Source: Eledone cirrhosa
Lineage: Eukaryota
Direction of reading: 5' to 3'
Length of the DNA: 64,000 nucleotides
Assembly: GCA_964016885.1 (NCBI GenBank)
Contig: OZ024741.1
Location: forward strand, 313,906,001 to 313,970,000
The translations under genes were made by a program, and so were the position numbers. Positions 24,751 through 36,922 of this stretch are shown here, piece after piece. Below the pieces are notes generated by a model. That model was not told the origin of the DNA. It ran no database searches and saw only the letters and a list, made by a program, of their open reading frames with translations. Within the stretch, counting starts at the first letter, position 1; the number at the start of each line of letters is the position of its first letter.

Positions 24751-25927
24751 TCTATTATTAGGTACAGTGCGGGAATTCTGAAATGGAATGTTGCTGAACA
24801 AAAAGAAATGGATAGGAAGACTAGGAAGCTATTGACTATCTACAACATGTTCCACAAGAGGAGTGATGTCGATATACTCTACTTAAGGAGATCTGAAGGT
24901 GGAAGATGTCTTCTCAGCATAGAGGACTGTGTTCAGAGGGAGTAAAACAACCTACACAAAGACGTGACTGACAGTAGGGAGCCAATGCTCAGTATTGAAC
25001 TGAAAGAGAAGACGATAGACCAGGGGATGTCCAAGGAGGAAATAACAACAAGGAGGAAGAGCAACCTTCATGAACAATCCCTTCATAGTACCTTCTTTGG
25101 GAAAACTGAATTTAGAGATCCACAGACATGGAACTGGTTGAAAAGAGGAGACCTTAAAAGGGCTACAAAAGGAATGCTAATGGTTGCGCAAGGGCAGGCC
25201 CTCAAAAGTAAGTGGGTAAAACACCATATTTACAAGGAGGAGGCTAGACCACTGTGTAGGATCTGTGGAGAGAGAGAGGAGACTGTGGCTCACATTGTAT
25301 CCGAGTGTAAAAACCTAGCCCAGACTCACTATAAAGGCTGGAGACATGATGTGATGAGCAGGGTGATCCACTGGCACCTATGCAAAGTAAACAATTTACC
25401 ACATTCTGAGAAGTTGTATAAGCATAAGCCAGAGTCGGTGATAGAAAACGATCAGGTGAAGGTGCTATGGGATTTTAGGATTCAGACGGACAAGAAAATG
25501 GAACACAAGAGGCCTGACCTGGTGGTTTTGGACAAGGAAAAAAGATCGTGCCTGATTGTGGATGTGGCCTGCCCATTTAACACGAGAGTGCAAGAGAAGG
25601 AGAGGGGGAAGATTAACCGATACCAGGACTTAAAGTGGGAGGTAAAAAGGATTTGGAACTGCCATGAAGTCAGAGTCGTCCCGATTGCCATAGGCGCACA
25701 AGGTACTATCTCAAAGAGTTTCAAAGGATGGTTATAGAAAATTAGTCCAGCCCGCTTTTTGAAACACTTCAAAAGGCATGCTTGCTGGGAACAGCAAGAA
25801 CCCTCCGATACGTCCTGAATATCTGAGGCTACAGGTAGTGGCTTGATATTCATTTCAACAAACTTTCCAGTTAAATAACATAAATGACAGAGACTCAAGG
25901 AATAATAATAATAATAATAATAATAAT
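24748..25927 (+). mobile_element. 5'-truncated R4/Dong-like RLE retrotransposon with (AAT)n tail
   Basis: CRICGEREETVAHIVSEC, RPDLVVLD...IVDVACP; 3' UTR, then (AAT)n at 25901-25927. Confidence 0.93.
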
Positions 25928-25929
25928 GA

Positions 25930-28900
25930 TTTCTTTATTGGCCACAAGTGCTTACATCAAGAAAAAACATTACAGACGGCACAAGACGGTACAGAACGGA
26001 ATGATGTGGGTTTTGTTCATGTAAAGATTTTTATTATTTATATAAGAAAAGAAAAAGAAAAAGACATAGAAACATATATATATATATAAACAATAAAAAT
26101 GAAAATTGAAACAATGAAAAATTCCCCAATAGGGGGAAAAACCTCCGGGGGTTAGTCGTGGCGAAAACCACACACAAGACCACGGCCACCCTCAGCACCA
26201 GGGCAAGCGCCCTCTCAAAATGTTTCCATTTCTCAAACTACAGGCCTATATTCAGAGCGGTCCTGTTCACTCGGACAATTCTCGCTACATTCACCCACCT
26301 TTCCACAAACTTGCTAGAAGGCAGCACTTGCCTCTCCACCCTGATTTACCTCTTCAAGTGAAACTTGAAAAGTTAATTAGGGATTCGTCGGAGAGGAAAG
26401 TGTCTGTCTTTAACCCTTTCAACCTTGTCCACCACACAATTTCTTTCGCAGATGAAAACCGCCTGGCGAGACCATCTGCATAATGGACTCAGTCGATAAG
26501 CGGATCAGTCCTACACGCGACAACAACTGTTCGACGTAGCTCCACAAGTCAGCAATGCTCGGGCACTGAATGAGTGCGTGCACCACGGTTTCGTCTCTCT
26601 GCGCGCATCTCGGACAGGCTCGGCTGACGGCACTTCCGAGCCTGTATAGCTTATCTCGAACCGGCAACGCTCCCCGGTAGCACTGCCAGGCCAGGGATTT
26701 TTGGAAGTTATCCATAGGCCCTGGGCTGAAATTTCTTCGGAAGGGAGCACGCAGCTGATCCTCTTCGACGCCCAGGATCTCTCGGAGAACATCGTCGCTC
26801 TTCCCCTCCACTAGTCCTCTATAGAACGCCGAGGTGGATGTTCCACCGATACTGGTGCCCAGCTGCCAGAGACATTCCAGTTTCCAAGCGCTATCCCTGG
26901 GTCTTTTCCTGACCCAGGACTGCAGCTCCGTCAAGGAGACAAGCTGTTGGAAAACGTGCCTCGCGAACGGCGAGCACACTTGTTCACCGTCAAGGAAGCA
27001 CCAGAGATGTCGCAGCCTCAACGCATGTTTGCGCATCATCAGCCATGGCATGCCCAGTCCTCCACGCAACGGGTTTTGACAGCAAATGGATCCTCTGACC
27101 ATGAGAGCACGTCCCTTCTACAAAAAGCGGAAGAGGAGGCACTCCATTCTGTTGAGAGTTGGCCGGTGCAAGGGACGACGGTGAGGCGGTAGCAGATGAC
27201 GGATGCGATGTACGCATTCGCCATCTCCGCCAGGCCTTTCAGGGACAGCTTCCTCTCGCCTCATTTCTGGGTGAGGGAGGCCACCTTGTTCGTCACCTCG
27301 CTCCATCTTTTCTCCATCTGGATGTCCGGTCTGAACCAGACCCAGAGCAATTTAACCGGTCCGTCGATCCAACGACGCACGACACTATCGGACGGCATGG
27401 ACTTGCCTCTCCAGGTGCCGAGCTTCAAGCCCACCGAATTTCCCTGGTTTATCTTTGATCCTGTCACTGCTTCGTATTCTATGAGAGCGGTGCCGAGCAT
27501 TTGGACGCGTCTGGTACTCGACACCACCACGGTGACGTCGTCGGCGCAAGCCTACTCGGATTTCCCTCTTCATAGTTCGCGTGCAACGCCCATCATCGCC
27601 CCCAGTTTGTGCAGTAACGGCTCGAGAGTCAATACGTACAAGAGGAACGAGAGGGGACAACACTGGCGGACGGAGCGTATGATTTTGAACGGCTGCGACA
27701 GGTGACCGTTCACCCTCACAACTGAGCAGATGTCGATGTACATCTTAGCGATCTAACTCCTGAAAACGGGCCCAATACCGGCTGTCGCGAGGACCGCCGT
27801 CAAGTACCAATGGTCGACCCTATCGAATGCTTTGGATTTATCGAAGTTGTTCAGGGCCCCACCCCTGCCAGGTTCCTTAACCACCCTCTATATAATGTAT
27901 CGCATGAGGTGGAGGTTGTCGTGTATGGATCTGTCCGGAATGGCGCATATCTGCGCTTCTCTCACCAGACCCTTGACGACAAGCGCCAACCTCGTTGCTA
28001 ATACTTTGGCCAAAATCTTGAACTCTGCGTTTAGCAGGGTTATGGGGATGAAGTTATCGATAGCATACCCCTTGTTCGTGTCTTTTCTCAGCAGCGCCAC
28101 CTCTCCCCGGTTCACAAAACTGGGAATGCTCCCGTTCTGCTGCCAGTTGCAGTAGACGTCTGCCAAGATGTCACCGAACAAGTCTTTCATAAATGCATAA
28201 AGCTCGTAGGGCAGACCATCCAAACCTGGCTATTTACCCATCGTGCAGTTAGCCATCTCTTCCCGCATTTCACCGGCTGTTATTGGCTTTTCGCAACACT
28301 GTGCTGCGGTTGTCGAGAACCGAGGCAGTCCGTCAAGGTATACACTGAAATCCATACCCCGATCCGGCCCGCCGCTGTTGCAGAACAGTTCAGCAAAGTG
28401 CTGCTGAAAAGCTTCACACATCTGCTCGGGCAACACGCGCCCGTTTTGGTCAGATAAAGACCGAATTGTGGCTTTGTTGTCACGTCGCGCCTCCGCTACC
28501 CGGGCCCATTGGGCGGCTTTTGTCCCCTCCTGTTTCAGAGCACGCGCTCTAGCTCTGACAACGCAGCCTTCGTGTTTTGCGTTGAAGAATTTGTCGAGTT
28601 CCAATCTCGGCGCAAGCACGTCGGTTGCGATGCCTGTTCTAAACGCCTCTTCTAGCTTTCTGACTAGCTCTCCCTCTATTCTATTTTCCTCTGTCACTAG
28701 TCCTTTGCTAAACCTAATTCACTCTACTTAAATTTCCCTTTTCAGGGCGAACCGCCACCTGTTGTTGACGACCGCTCCCGTCAACGCCCGCTTAACTAAT
28801 ACGCTAATCCAGTCACTGTAGGTTTTGCGAGCCGGGAAGGACGCGTTCAGCTTCCAGTAACCGGGTCCTTGTCTATGAAGTCTGTCTATGTCGAGCTCAC

Positions 28901-30540
28901 AGACCACAAATGTGTGGTCTGTGTAGTCGACTATTTTAAATTGTGGACAACTTATACTAGCCTTATCTAGTTCTCTGCAGAATACCCTATCGAGATACGA
29001 TCGGATGACCCGATGCGGTTTGTCTATGTCCACATTGGCACATTCGGGTGATCCAGTCAATACATGTCAGACTGTTCAAAACGTCTGAGCAGGATAGTGA
29101 GGCTCTTGAACCCTCCTCCCCTATCCACTAGCTCCACACAATCCCAGTGTGCATCCAAGATACCGTTCCAGTCGCCCACTAACACTAAAGAGCTGGACGT
29201 TGCAAGAAAGGTCTCAAGACGTCTGAAGAAATATGGAATGCGTGCGTGCACCACGGTTTCGTCGCTCTGCGCGCATTTTGGAAAGGCTCGGCTGGCGGCA
29301 TTGACGTGCCTGTAGAGCTTATCTCGAAGCGGCAACACTCTCCGGTAGCACTGCCAGTCCAGGGATTTCTGAAAGTTATCCATAGGTCCTGGGCCGAAAG
29401 TTTGTAATGTTCTATTTTAATTTCAATAATGCTTATACTTTTCGGGAGAGTTCTTGGTGTTGGTGGGGTGTAGTAATTTTTGTCCGTAATGTCTGTGTGC
29501 TGCTTTATATGTTCTAAGAGTTCTTTATTTGCCAATTCTATGGTACTGTAATGATTTTGTGGCTGTTTGGTTTTGTTGATGTCTGTTTGTTACTGCTGTT
29601 GGGTATGTTTATCTTGCTGTTTTTGCGATGTTGATGTTTGTGGTGATGCCGATGATGGTGGTGTGGTGGTTGTTGGTTGTGATGGTGGTGGCGTTGCTGC
29701 GAGTCGCCTTGCAGACTTTACCCCTCTTTGTTTGCCTTCCCTTTTGGGGGGTGAAGCTAAGGGTTTTTTCTTGTTTCTTTTTTGTTGCCGATCGTTTGCC
29801 CCTTCACTAACCCGCCTGAGACTCAATGTCGGATTCCATGGGTTCTGGGAGGGGTATATGCTCCACGGCTGTTGGTGGTGGTAGTGGAGCCCTCTCCGGC
29901 GATTTTGTTGGTGCAGCTACTGCAAATATAGGTACTGGTGTTGCGGCCACTGCTGCTGCTGTTTTAGTTGCCTGTGACCTTGGTACGGCTGCCACGGGCG
30001 TTGCCCTCCTACTCACCGTGGAAGGGTCTTCTGCGTTTGTTGCCTGCCCTGATCTTGGTAGCAGTGGACCAGGAATTGGAAGGAGGGGTGTGGTTTCTTT
30101 ATCGCTGTCTTCTGTGGGCAAAAGGCCTTCAGGTGAGACTTTGACCCACAGAAATAACATTTTGGCCGTCTTCCTTCCACGCTTATAGGGAGTTGAACGC
30201 CGAGGTGGATATTCCACCGATACTAGTCCCCAGCTGGTAGCAGGCTGTGAGCGCTTGAGACATTCCAGCTTTCAAGTGCTATCCCTCGGTCTTTTCCTGA
30301 TCCAGGACTTCAGCTCCGTTAATGAGGCGAGCTGGGGAAAAACACGTCTGACAAACGGTGACCACACTTATTCACCGTCAAGGAAGCAACAGATGTGTCG
30401 CAGCCTCAGCACGTGTTTGCGCATCATCAGCCACGGCAGGCCCAGCCCTCCACGCAACGGGTGTTAACAACAAATGGATCTTCTGACCAGTGGAACACGT
30501 CCCCTCTATAACAAGTGGAAGAGAATGCACTCCATTCTCA
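25930..30540 (-). mobile_element. Tx1-like element: degraded ORF2 (to ~29237) followed by scrambled ORF2/ORF1 fragments
   Basis: RT motifs (PITLLNAEFKILAK, AYADD), C-terminal CPRC..H..C, APE remnants (LVGDWN, YLDRVF, TDH). The 3' end AATAAA abuts (ATT)n. Confidence 0.9.
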
Positions 30541-31620
30541 GAAACGATGCCTCACCGCGACGTACAGAAATAGAATACTGTCATTCTTTTACCAGTTGGT
30601 GTAGATATCTGAAAAGAGTCGAATTGTGGATTTGTTGTCACGTTGTGCCACCGCAACTGGGCCAATTGGATGTGTTTCGTCAATTCTATGAGAATATAAG
30701 CTAGATCAAACCAACTGCATTCTTGCTTCACATTGAAGAGTTAGTCAAGGCTCAGTCTCACAACCAAGCGGTCATGATGATTTCCTAAATATCCTATAGT
30801 GCTTCCTGTCTAGCGTTCCCTCTACTTATTTCTTTCGATTGCTTTTCCTTCGCTACACCCGGAGGATTATATTGTAAACGTCATTTTCATGCGAATCTCA
30901 ATTTGTTTTTGACGATCGTGTGTGTCAACAGTTAACTAATTTCGCACTCCAGTCTGTGTAACCTTTGGGCCCCGGAAGTGATTTGTTCATTTTCTAGTCA
31001 TCTGTGTAGTGGGGGACTTCTAATTGTTGGACATTATCAGTATCAACTACTCTACAGCCAATCTAGATACTCTGTGAATGACCCAATGTTATTTGAACAG
31101 GTCTACACTGGTACATCAATGAAATCCACTCGGTAATTGTCAGCTAGTTGCAAGTGACTGAGGTTTGTTAGGCTTTTCCCCTGTCTGGTTTTCTTTACAG
31201 GCACTACATGCATTCAAGACCACTTCCCTGTAGCTCATTAATAATACAAGAGAACCTTTATTAGAAAGTTATCCCTTTCAGAGCTCTAACGGTCTGTAGC
31301 CCGAATGCATGTCCTTCGCTGTTGATCACGTCCAGCTCCATCGACATAACATCTGGGTTCAGGAGGAGGGGGGGTTATATCATGAAGTCTGATCGTTTTC
31401 AAAACAACATAGAGATTCCCGTACCCTATTCAGGACATCTTGGAGATATGTACGCCTTATAACGACCAAAAATGCGTACTAAATATTGTCGTCCGTACAT
31501 TATGATTAAGCCCTTGTAAACTACGTCAATATTTAGCGAATTGAGGCTGTTGAACAGGTTACACTATTTCGAACGTGACCCAGCATATATATTTTACATC
31601 ACCTAATCTGAGTAAAGTTA
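30540..31620 (-). mobile_element. Highly degenerate Tx1-like endonuclease region
   Basis: Patchy nucleotide similarity to 52600-53830. Confidence 0.55.
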
Positions 31621-31817
31621 TGATTGAAGAAAAGAAGAGTGATAAAGAGCACACACCTCTTTTTGCGTGGAAGGGTGCCTTGTTCTTCCTTCGGATAATG
31701 TCTTACAAATCACCAAGTGTACGTTTGGTAATATTTCCCTGTAAATAACCTACTTCATTTGGGTATTTGGATTTTGGTGTGTTTAAATATCTTAGTAGAA
31801 ACAATTATTTGTATATG

Positions 31818-31950
31818 ATGGTCGGACGCCATGCTACGTAGCATATAGTTACGTCCCTTTATGGTCTGAGTCCAATCCTTACGCGGTCGATAAAAGAAAT
31901 TATCAGTAATGCACTGGGATAATGGCTGGCCTTTGCCAAAAGTAGAAACA
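31818..31950 (+). mobile_element. Degenerate SINE copy
   Basis: ggtcggacgccatgct...cagtaatgcactggg...aagtagaaaca. Confidence 0.8.
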
Positions 31951-31964
31951 AGTATGTGTATAAT

Positions 31965-32143
31965 TGTTTCTACTTTTGGCACAAGGCCAGCAATTACCCA
32001 GTACATTACTGGTACTTTATTTTATCGACCTCGTAAGGATGAAAGGCAAAGTCAACCTCGGCGGGATTTGAACTCAGATCGTAAAGGGAAGTAACTATGC
32101 CGGAAAGCATGTCCGACCCTCTACCGATACTGCCAATTCACCG
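31965..32143 (-). mobile_element. Near full-length SINE with 10-bp TSD
   Basis: A/B boxes present; TSD tgtgtataat at 31955-31964 and 32144-32153. Confidence 0.88.
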
Positions 32144-33099
32144 TGTGTATAATCTCTGTTTGTTAGTATAGCGACATGGGTGTTGTGGAATTGACTTGTT
32201 CGATGTTTGTATGTATTTGTATATTCTTCATTAAGTCCGCTTTCTTTGAACTTATGGTCATGAGATTTGTAACCTTAGATTTTGTTAGGTCTGGTTTTGT
32301 TGTTTGTTGTTGTTGTATTTTGTAAACTTAGCTGTGTTTACGGTATTGGTGAATGTTTCGGTGTCTGTGGCCGTGGAGAGGCTGGTTTCTTTTTCTGAAT
32401 GTTTTCCCCTATGGCCTTTTATCTCGTCCATGTTGTCTGTAATTGAGTATTCATAATCATATTTTAATCTTTCGTCTCCTCAGATTGATTAGAGTGGTAC
32501 ACCTCTAATATTTCCCAGACTTGCCGCACGCCATGTATTTTAGGAGAAGAAGGGGACTATTCTCCTTTAAGTGCGTACATGCAGCTCAAATGAGGCAGTT
32601 GGCTTTTCTGATCTCCATTGCTATGGTACATTGATGCAACCAAAGATATGCATTTGGTCGTCAACTCTTTTTTGGCATGTCTGGATGTGGATTTTCATGC
32701 TCATTCCAGTCCTTCCTCCTTTTCAGTTTGATACACTTTGATGATTCCCATGTGCTCCAATGTGTCTACCGTGATGACTGCTAATAGTTATGGTATGGCT
32801 ATTTGTCCGACATACAGTTGAAAAACATCCACCACACTATACAGCCGAGAGACTAAAAGCCACAAATAATAAACGATAAAAACAATAAATCAAAACGAAA
32901 GTAAAAAAAGGTTAAAGAAAATTAAATACCTGTAAGTAGCATAGATGAGATTTATTGAATGTTGATATTTTACGAGTGTTAAAGTATTAATTGTTCATTA
33001 AAAATTGGTACGTAAGGTGTAAAGCATGATAGATAATAGAAGACCAAGCAACCGGAAAGATATAACATGTTTCCAGAAAATAAGAAAGGATATTGCAAA

Positions 33100-33260
33100 T
33101 GGTCATAAGGCTCTAAATACCAATTACTAATAAACAAGCCATAAGAGATAACAGCAGAAAAAGAAAGAAGAATATCTAAGTATGGCATGGATTGATTACC
33201 ATGAGATTTTGACAAGGTCACCTACATTCGCGTACTGGATACATTAGCCATGAATAAAGT
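33100..33260 (+). mobile_element. Short degenerate R4/Dong-like RT fragment
   Basis: QLLINK...LSMAWIDY..FD remnant. Confidence 0.65.
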
Positions 33261-33369
33261 AACTCTAACAATAGAAATCATTCATTATCTATATCACATG
33301 TAAGTAGCAAACAATTCTGCAAACAATAGAAAAGGATTAGTTATATACAAAGAGACCATCCTATCAGCA

Positions 33370-35240
33370 ACAACACCAACAACAAGACTAGTAGCGGCAG
33401 CAATAATTGTGCCGCTGAAAAAGGGGCCACTCCTTTCGTAGGTATGGCCCGAAATATAGAAACAGCGCTAGTCACTGAGGAGGAGTTGGCAGTCCCAAGA
33501 GTCATGGTGTCGAGAAACGACAACAGAGTTTCCCTGAAACCTCCACCCGATTTCTTTAAAGACCAGCGACTGCGCACGATGACGTACCGCACCGTAAGCA
33601 AAATGTCGCATCGGGTGGAAAAGCCACAGAGGCGCAAATCCAAAATGCCTTGGGGTGCATCTGAGCTCGCAAAACCCACATCACCCGAGGCAAAAAGTAC
33701 GGCACAGTAGACGTACATTTAGCCACCCCTCAAGAGGCGAAGTCTCACGCTTTCGAAACCCTAAAGAGTGAGGGGAGAGTCTTGGGGCCCTCCTACTGCG
33801 GGCAGAAAATTGTGAGGGTCAAAGTCACCCGGGTCCCGCCCGACGTGCCTATACCTTGGCTGGGCGCGTCTGTACTGGCTGGAATCGAGGAGAAGACCAC
33901 CATTCTACAAATACAGAGAATGGGAAGAGAGAACTGGTCAGGAATAAGCATGCAAATACTAATGCAGACTGACCAGGAGTGCATCGAGGCCATCCCAGAC
34001 CTCATAGACCTCGAAGAAGGGCTCCACCTCCCTATAAGGGTGGGAGGAATTTCCCCAAAGTGCTATCTCTGTGGGTAGAAGGGTCACCTCAGGGCCTTCT
34101 GCCCACAGAAGACATCCAAGAAGAAGGCCCCCTCCTTCCGAGGCCTGATCCACTGCTACCAAGAGCAGGGCAGGCAACAGAGGCAGAAGACCCTTCCATG
34201 GTGAGTAGGATGGCAACGTCCGTGGCACCCATACCAAGGCCACGGACGACTAAAGCAGCGGCAGCAGTGGCGGCAACACCAACAGTCCCAGTAGCCGGAG
34301 CGAGATCCACTACCACCACCAACAGCAGTGGAGCTTATGTCCCTCCAGGACACGGCAAGGTCCGACATGGAGTGTGAGGCGGGAGACAAGTGGCATACGG
34401 TCTGCCACAAAAAAAAGGAAAAAGAAAGAAACCCTTAGCTTCACTCTCCATAAGTTAAGGCAGACAAAGAGGGGTAAAGGCTGCAAGGAGACTTACAACA
34501 ACACCACCACCATCGCTGTCACCACCACTAGCATCACCACCAACAACAACCACACCACCAGCATCGCGAAAAACACCAACATCGCAAACGCAACAATACA
34601 CACACACCCAATACCAACAGCAACAAAATCGCCCCTCCCCCCAAAGGTACACAGCCATAAACATGGCAAATAAAGAACACCTACAACACATAAAGCAGCA
34701 CACAGACATCACAAAATAAAACTTCTACACCCCTCCAATACCAAGAACTCTCCAGACAAACTTAAGAATCATTGAAATCTCAATAGAACCTTACAAACTT
34801 TTAAAGCAAAAATTCCCCAATGCAGTTGGAGACTTCAAAGAGTCGGTTACCAAGAGGATATACACCGTCATCCTCTTGGAAACACCCATGACCAGCCAAA
34901 AGGACGGTTCTACTGTCCTCCCAGCACACGATCAAGGTAAGTGATCCTTTCTCACTTACCCCGTTTCTAATCCAGCATGACAGAACTTAGAATAGGCAGT
35001 ATAAATGTACGTGGCCTGGGGTCATCTTGGAAGCAGGGTCACCTGTTCAACGACCTCAGGTCACTAAACATAGATGTGGTGGCCATCAACGAGAACAGAA
35101 TCTCCGAAGCACGAACATTTGCACCGATCTTCGGCGACTACAATGTATACGCATATCCCATCCGTCCTGGATCTGGGGGAGATGTTGCTGTGAATTTTTG
35201 AAGAGGCTTGGATCTCGCCATACGGACCATCTTACTAGAA
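33370..35240 (+). mobile_element. Tx1-like fragment: ORF1, spacer and start of ORF2 (APE)
   Basis: PSYCGQKIVRVKVTRVPP, CYLCG-KGHLRAFC knuckle; MTELRIGSINVRGL at 34977. Confidence 0.88.
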
Positions 35241-35256
35241 CCATATCAATGATAAT

Positions 35257-36794
35257 GCATGTCGGATTCCGTGGCGTCTGGGAGGGCTATGAGCTCCACT
35301 GCTGTTGGTGGTGGTAGTGGAGCCCGCTCCGGCGATTTTGCCACCGGTGTAGCTACTGCGGTGTAGCTGTCCGTGGCCTTGGTATGGGTGCCACGGACGT
35401 TGCCCTCCTACTCACCATGGAAGGGTCTTCTACCTCTGTTTCCTGTCCTGCGCTTGGTAGCAGTGGATCAGCCGTCGGAAGGAAGGGGGCCCTCTCCATG
35501 GCTGGCTTCTGCGGGCAGAATGCCCTGAGGTCACCCTTCTGACCATAATGATTGCACTTTGGGCGCCTTCCTTCCACGCTTATAGGGAGTTGGAGTCCTT
35601 CTTCGAGGTCTATTATGTTTGGGATGGCCTCGATGCGCTCCTTGTCAGTCTGTATTAGCATTTGCATGCCTATTCCTGAACAGTTCTCTCTTCCCATTAT
35701 CTGTATTAGCAGTATGGTGGTCTTCTCCTCGATTCTAGCCAGTACAGACGCGGCCAGCCAAAGTATGGGCATGTCTGGCGGGACCTGGGTCACTTTGACC
35801 ATCACAATTTTCTGCCCGCAGTAGGAGGGCCCCAGGACTATCTCCTTACTCTTTAGGGTTTCCAAAGTGTGAGACTTCGCCTCTTTGGGGGCGAGAAGTA
35901 CGTCTAATGTGGCATACCTTTTGCCTCGGGTGATGTGGGTTTTGCACGTCCAGGCGCACCCCAAAGCCTTTTGGATTTGAGCCTCCGTGGCTCGCTCCAC
36001 CCGATGTGACATTTTGCTTATGGTGCAGTAAGTCACCGTGCGCGGCTGCTGGTCTTTGAAGAAATTGGGTGAATATTTCAGGGAAACTCGATTGTCGTTT
36101 CTTGACACCATGGCTACTGCTACTGCCATCTCCTTCTCCGTGAAAAGCACTGTCTCTATATTTCGGGCAACACCTTCTACTGGTCTTGTCGTTGGTGCTG
36201 TTGCTGTTTTTACTGCTACAAACAGCGTTGTTGGTGTTGTTGCTGTTATCACTGTTGTAGTTGGTTTTGTTTTTCGTGCTACCATTGTTGTTGTTTTCGG
36301 TGCAATTTGTATTGTTGCTGTTGGTGTTGTTGTTTATTTTCTTGTTAGTGGTGTTAATATCGTTGTTGCATTTATTGTCATTTTTTCCGTTGTCTTTATT
36401 TTGGTTGACGCTGTTATTATTGTAGTTGGTGTGGTAAATTTTTCAAAATCAGTGTTGTTGTCTTCGTTCACGTTGTATGTGGTGGTGTTTGTTGTATGAA
36501 TTTCACTAACCCTCTTCTCAACTTTTACGCCGTTGTCACACGACAGTAGATATATTGCTGGGAGGGGTGGCTCAGCAATGTTTTTTTTATTTTTTATTTA
36601 TTTTCAAAAGTAAAATGTTCAAATATTATTCAAATATTTGGGCAAAAGGCCCAAATATTATACTTTCCCCTTCACAAGGCAAAGTCCTAGGGCTTATATT
36701 CCTTACACAACAAGAAATATTTAACAACAAATAACTATAACAGGTACATAATACGACTTACTGGGAGCGAGCAAAAAGGACGTCCGAACAGATC
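35257..36794 (-). mobile_element. Tx1-like 5' portion (5' UTR + ORF1); 5' end abuts (ATT)n
   Basis: ORF 35353-36285 is homologous to the other ORF1 copies; (AAT)n at 36795-36815. Confidence 0.88.
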
Positions 36795-36815
36795 AATAAT
36801 AATAATAATAATAAT

Positions 36816-36906
36816 TGTTTCTACTTTTGGCACAAGGCCAGCAATTACCCGGTGCCTTACTGGTACTTTATTTTATCGACCCCGTAGGGATGAAAGGCGA
36901 AGTTAA
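36816..36906 (-). mobile_element. SINE 3' half ending in (ATT)n
   Basis: Same family as 39988-40171. Confidence 0.85.
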
Positions 36907-36922
36907 CTATAAGGACAATAAT

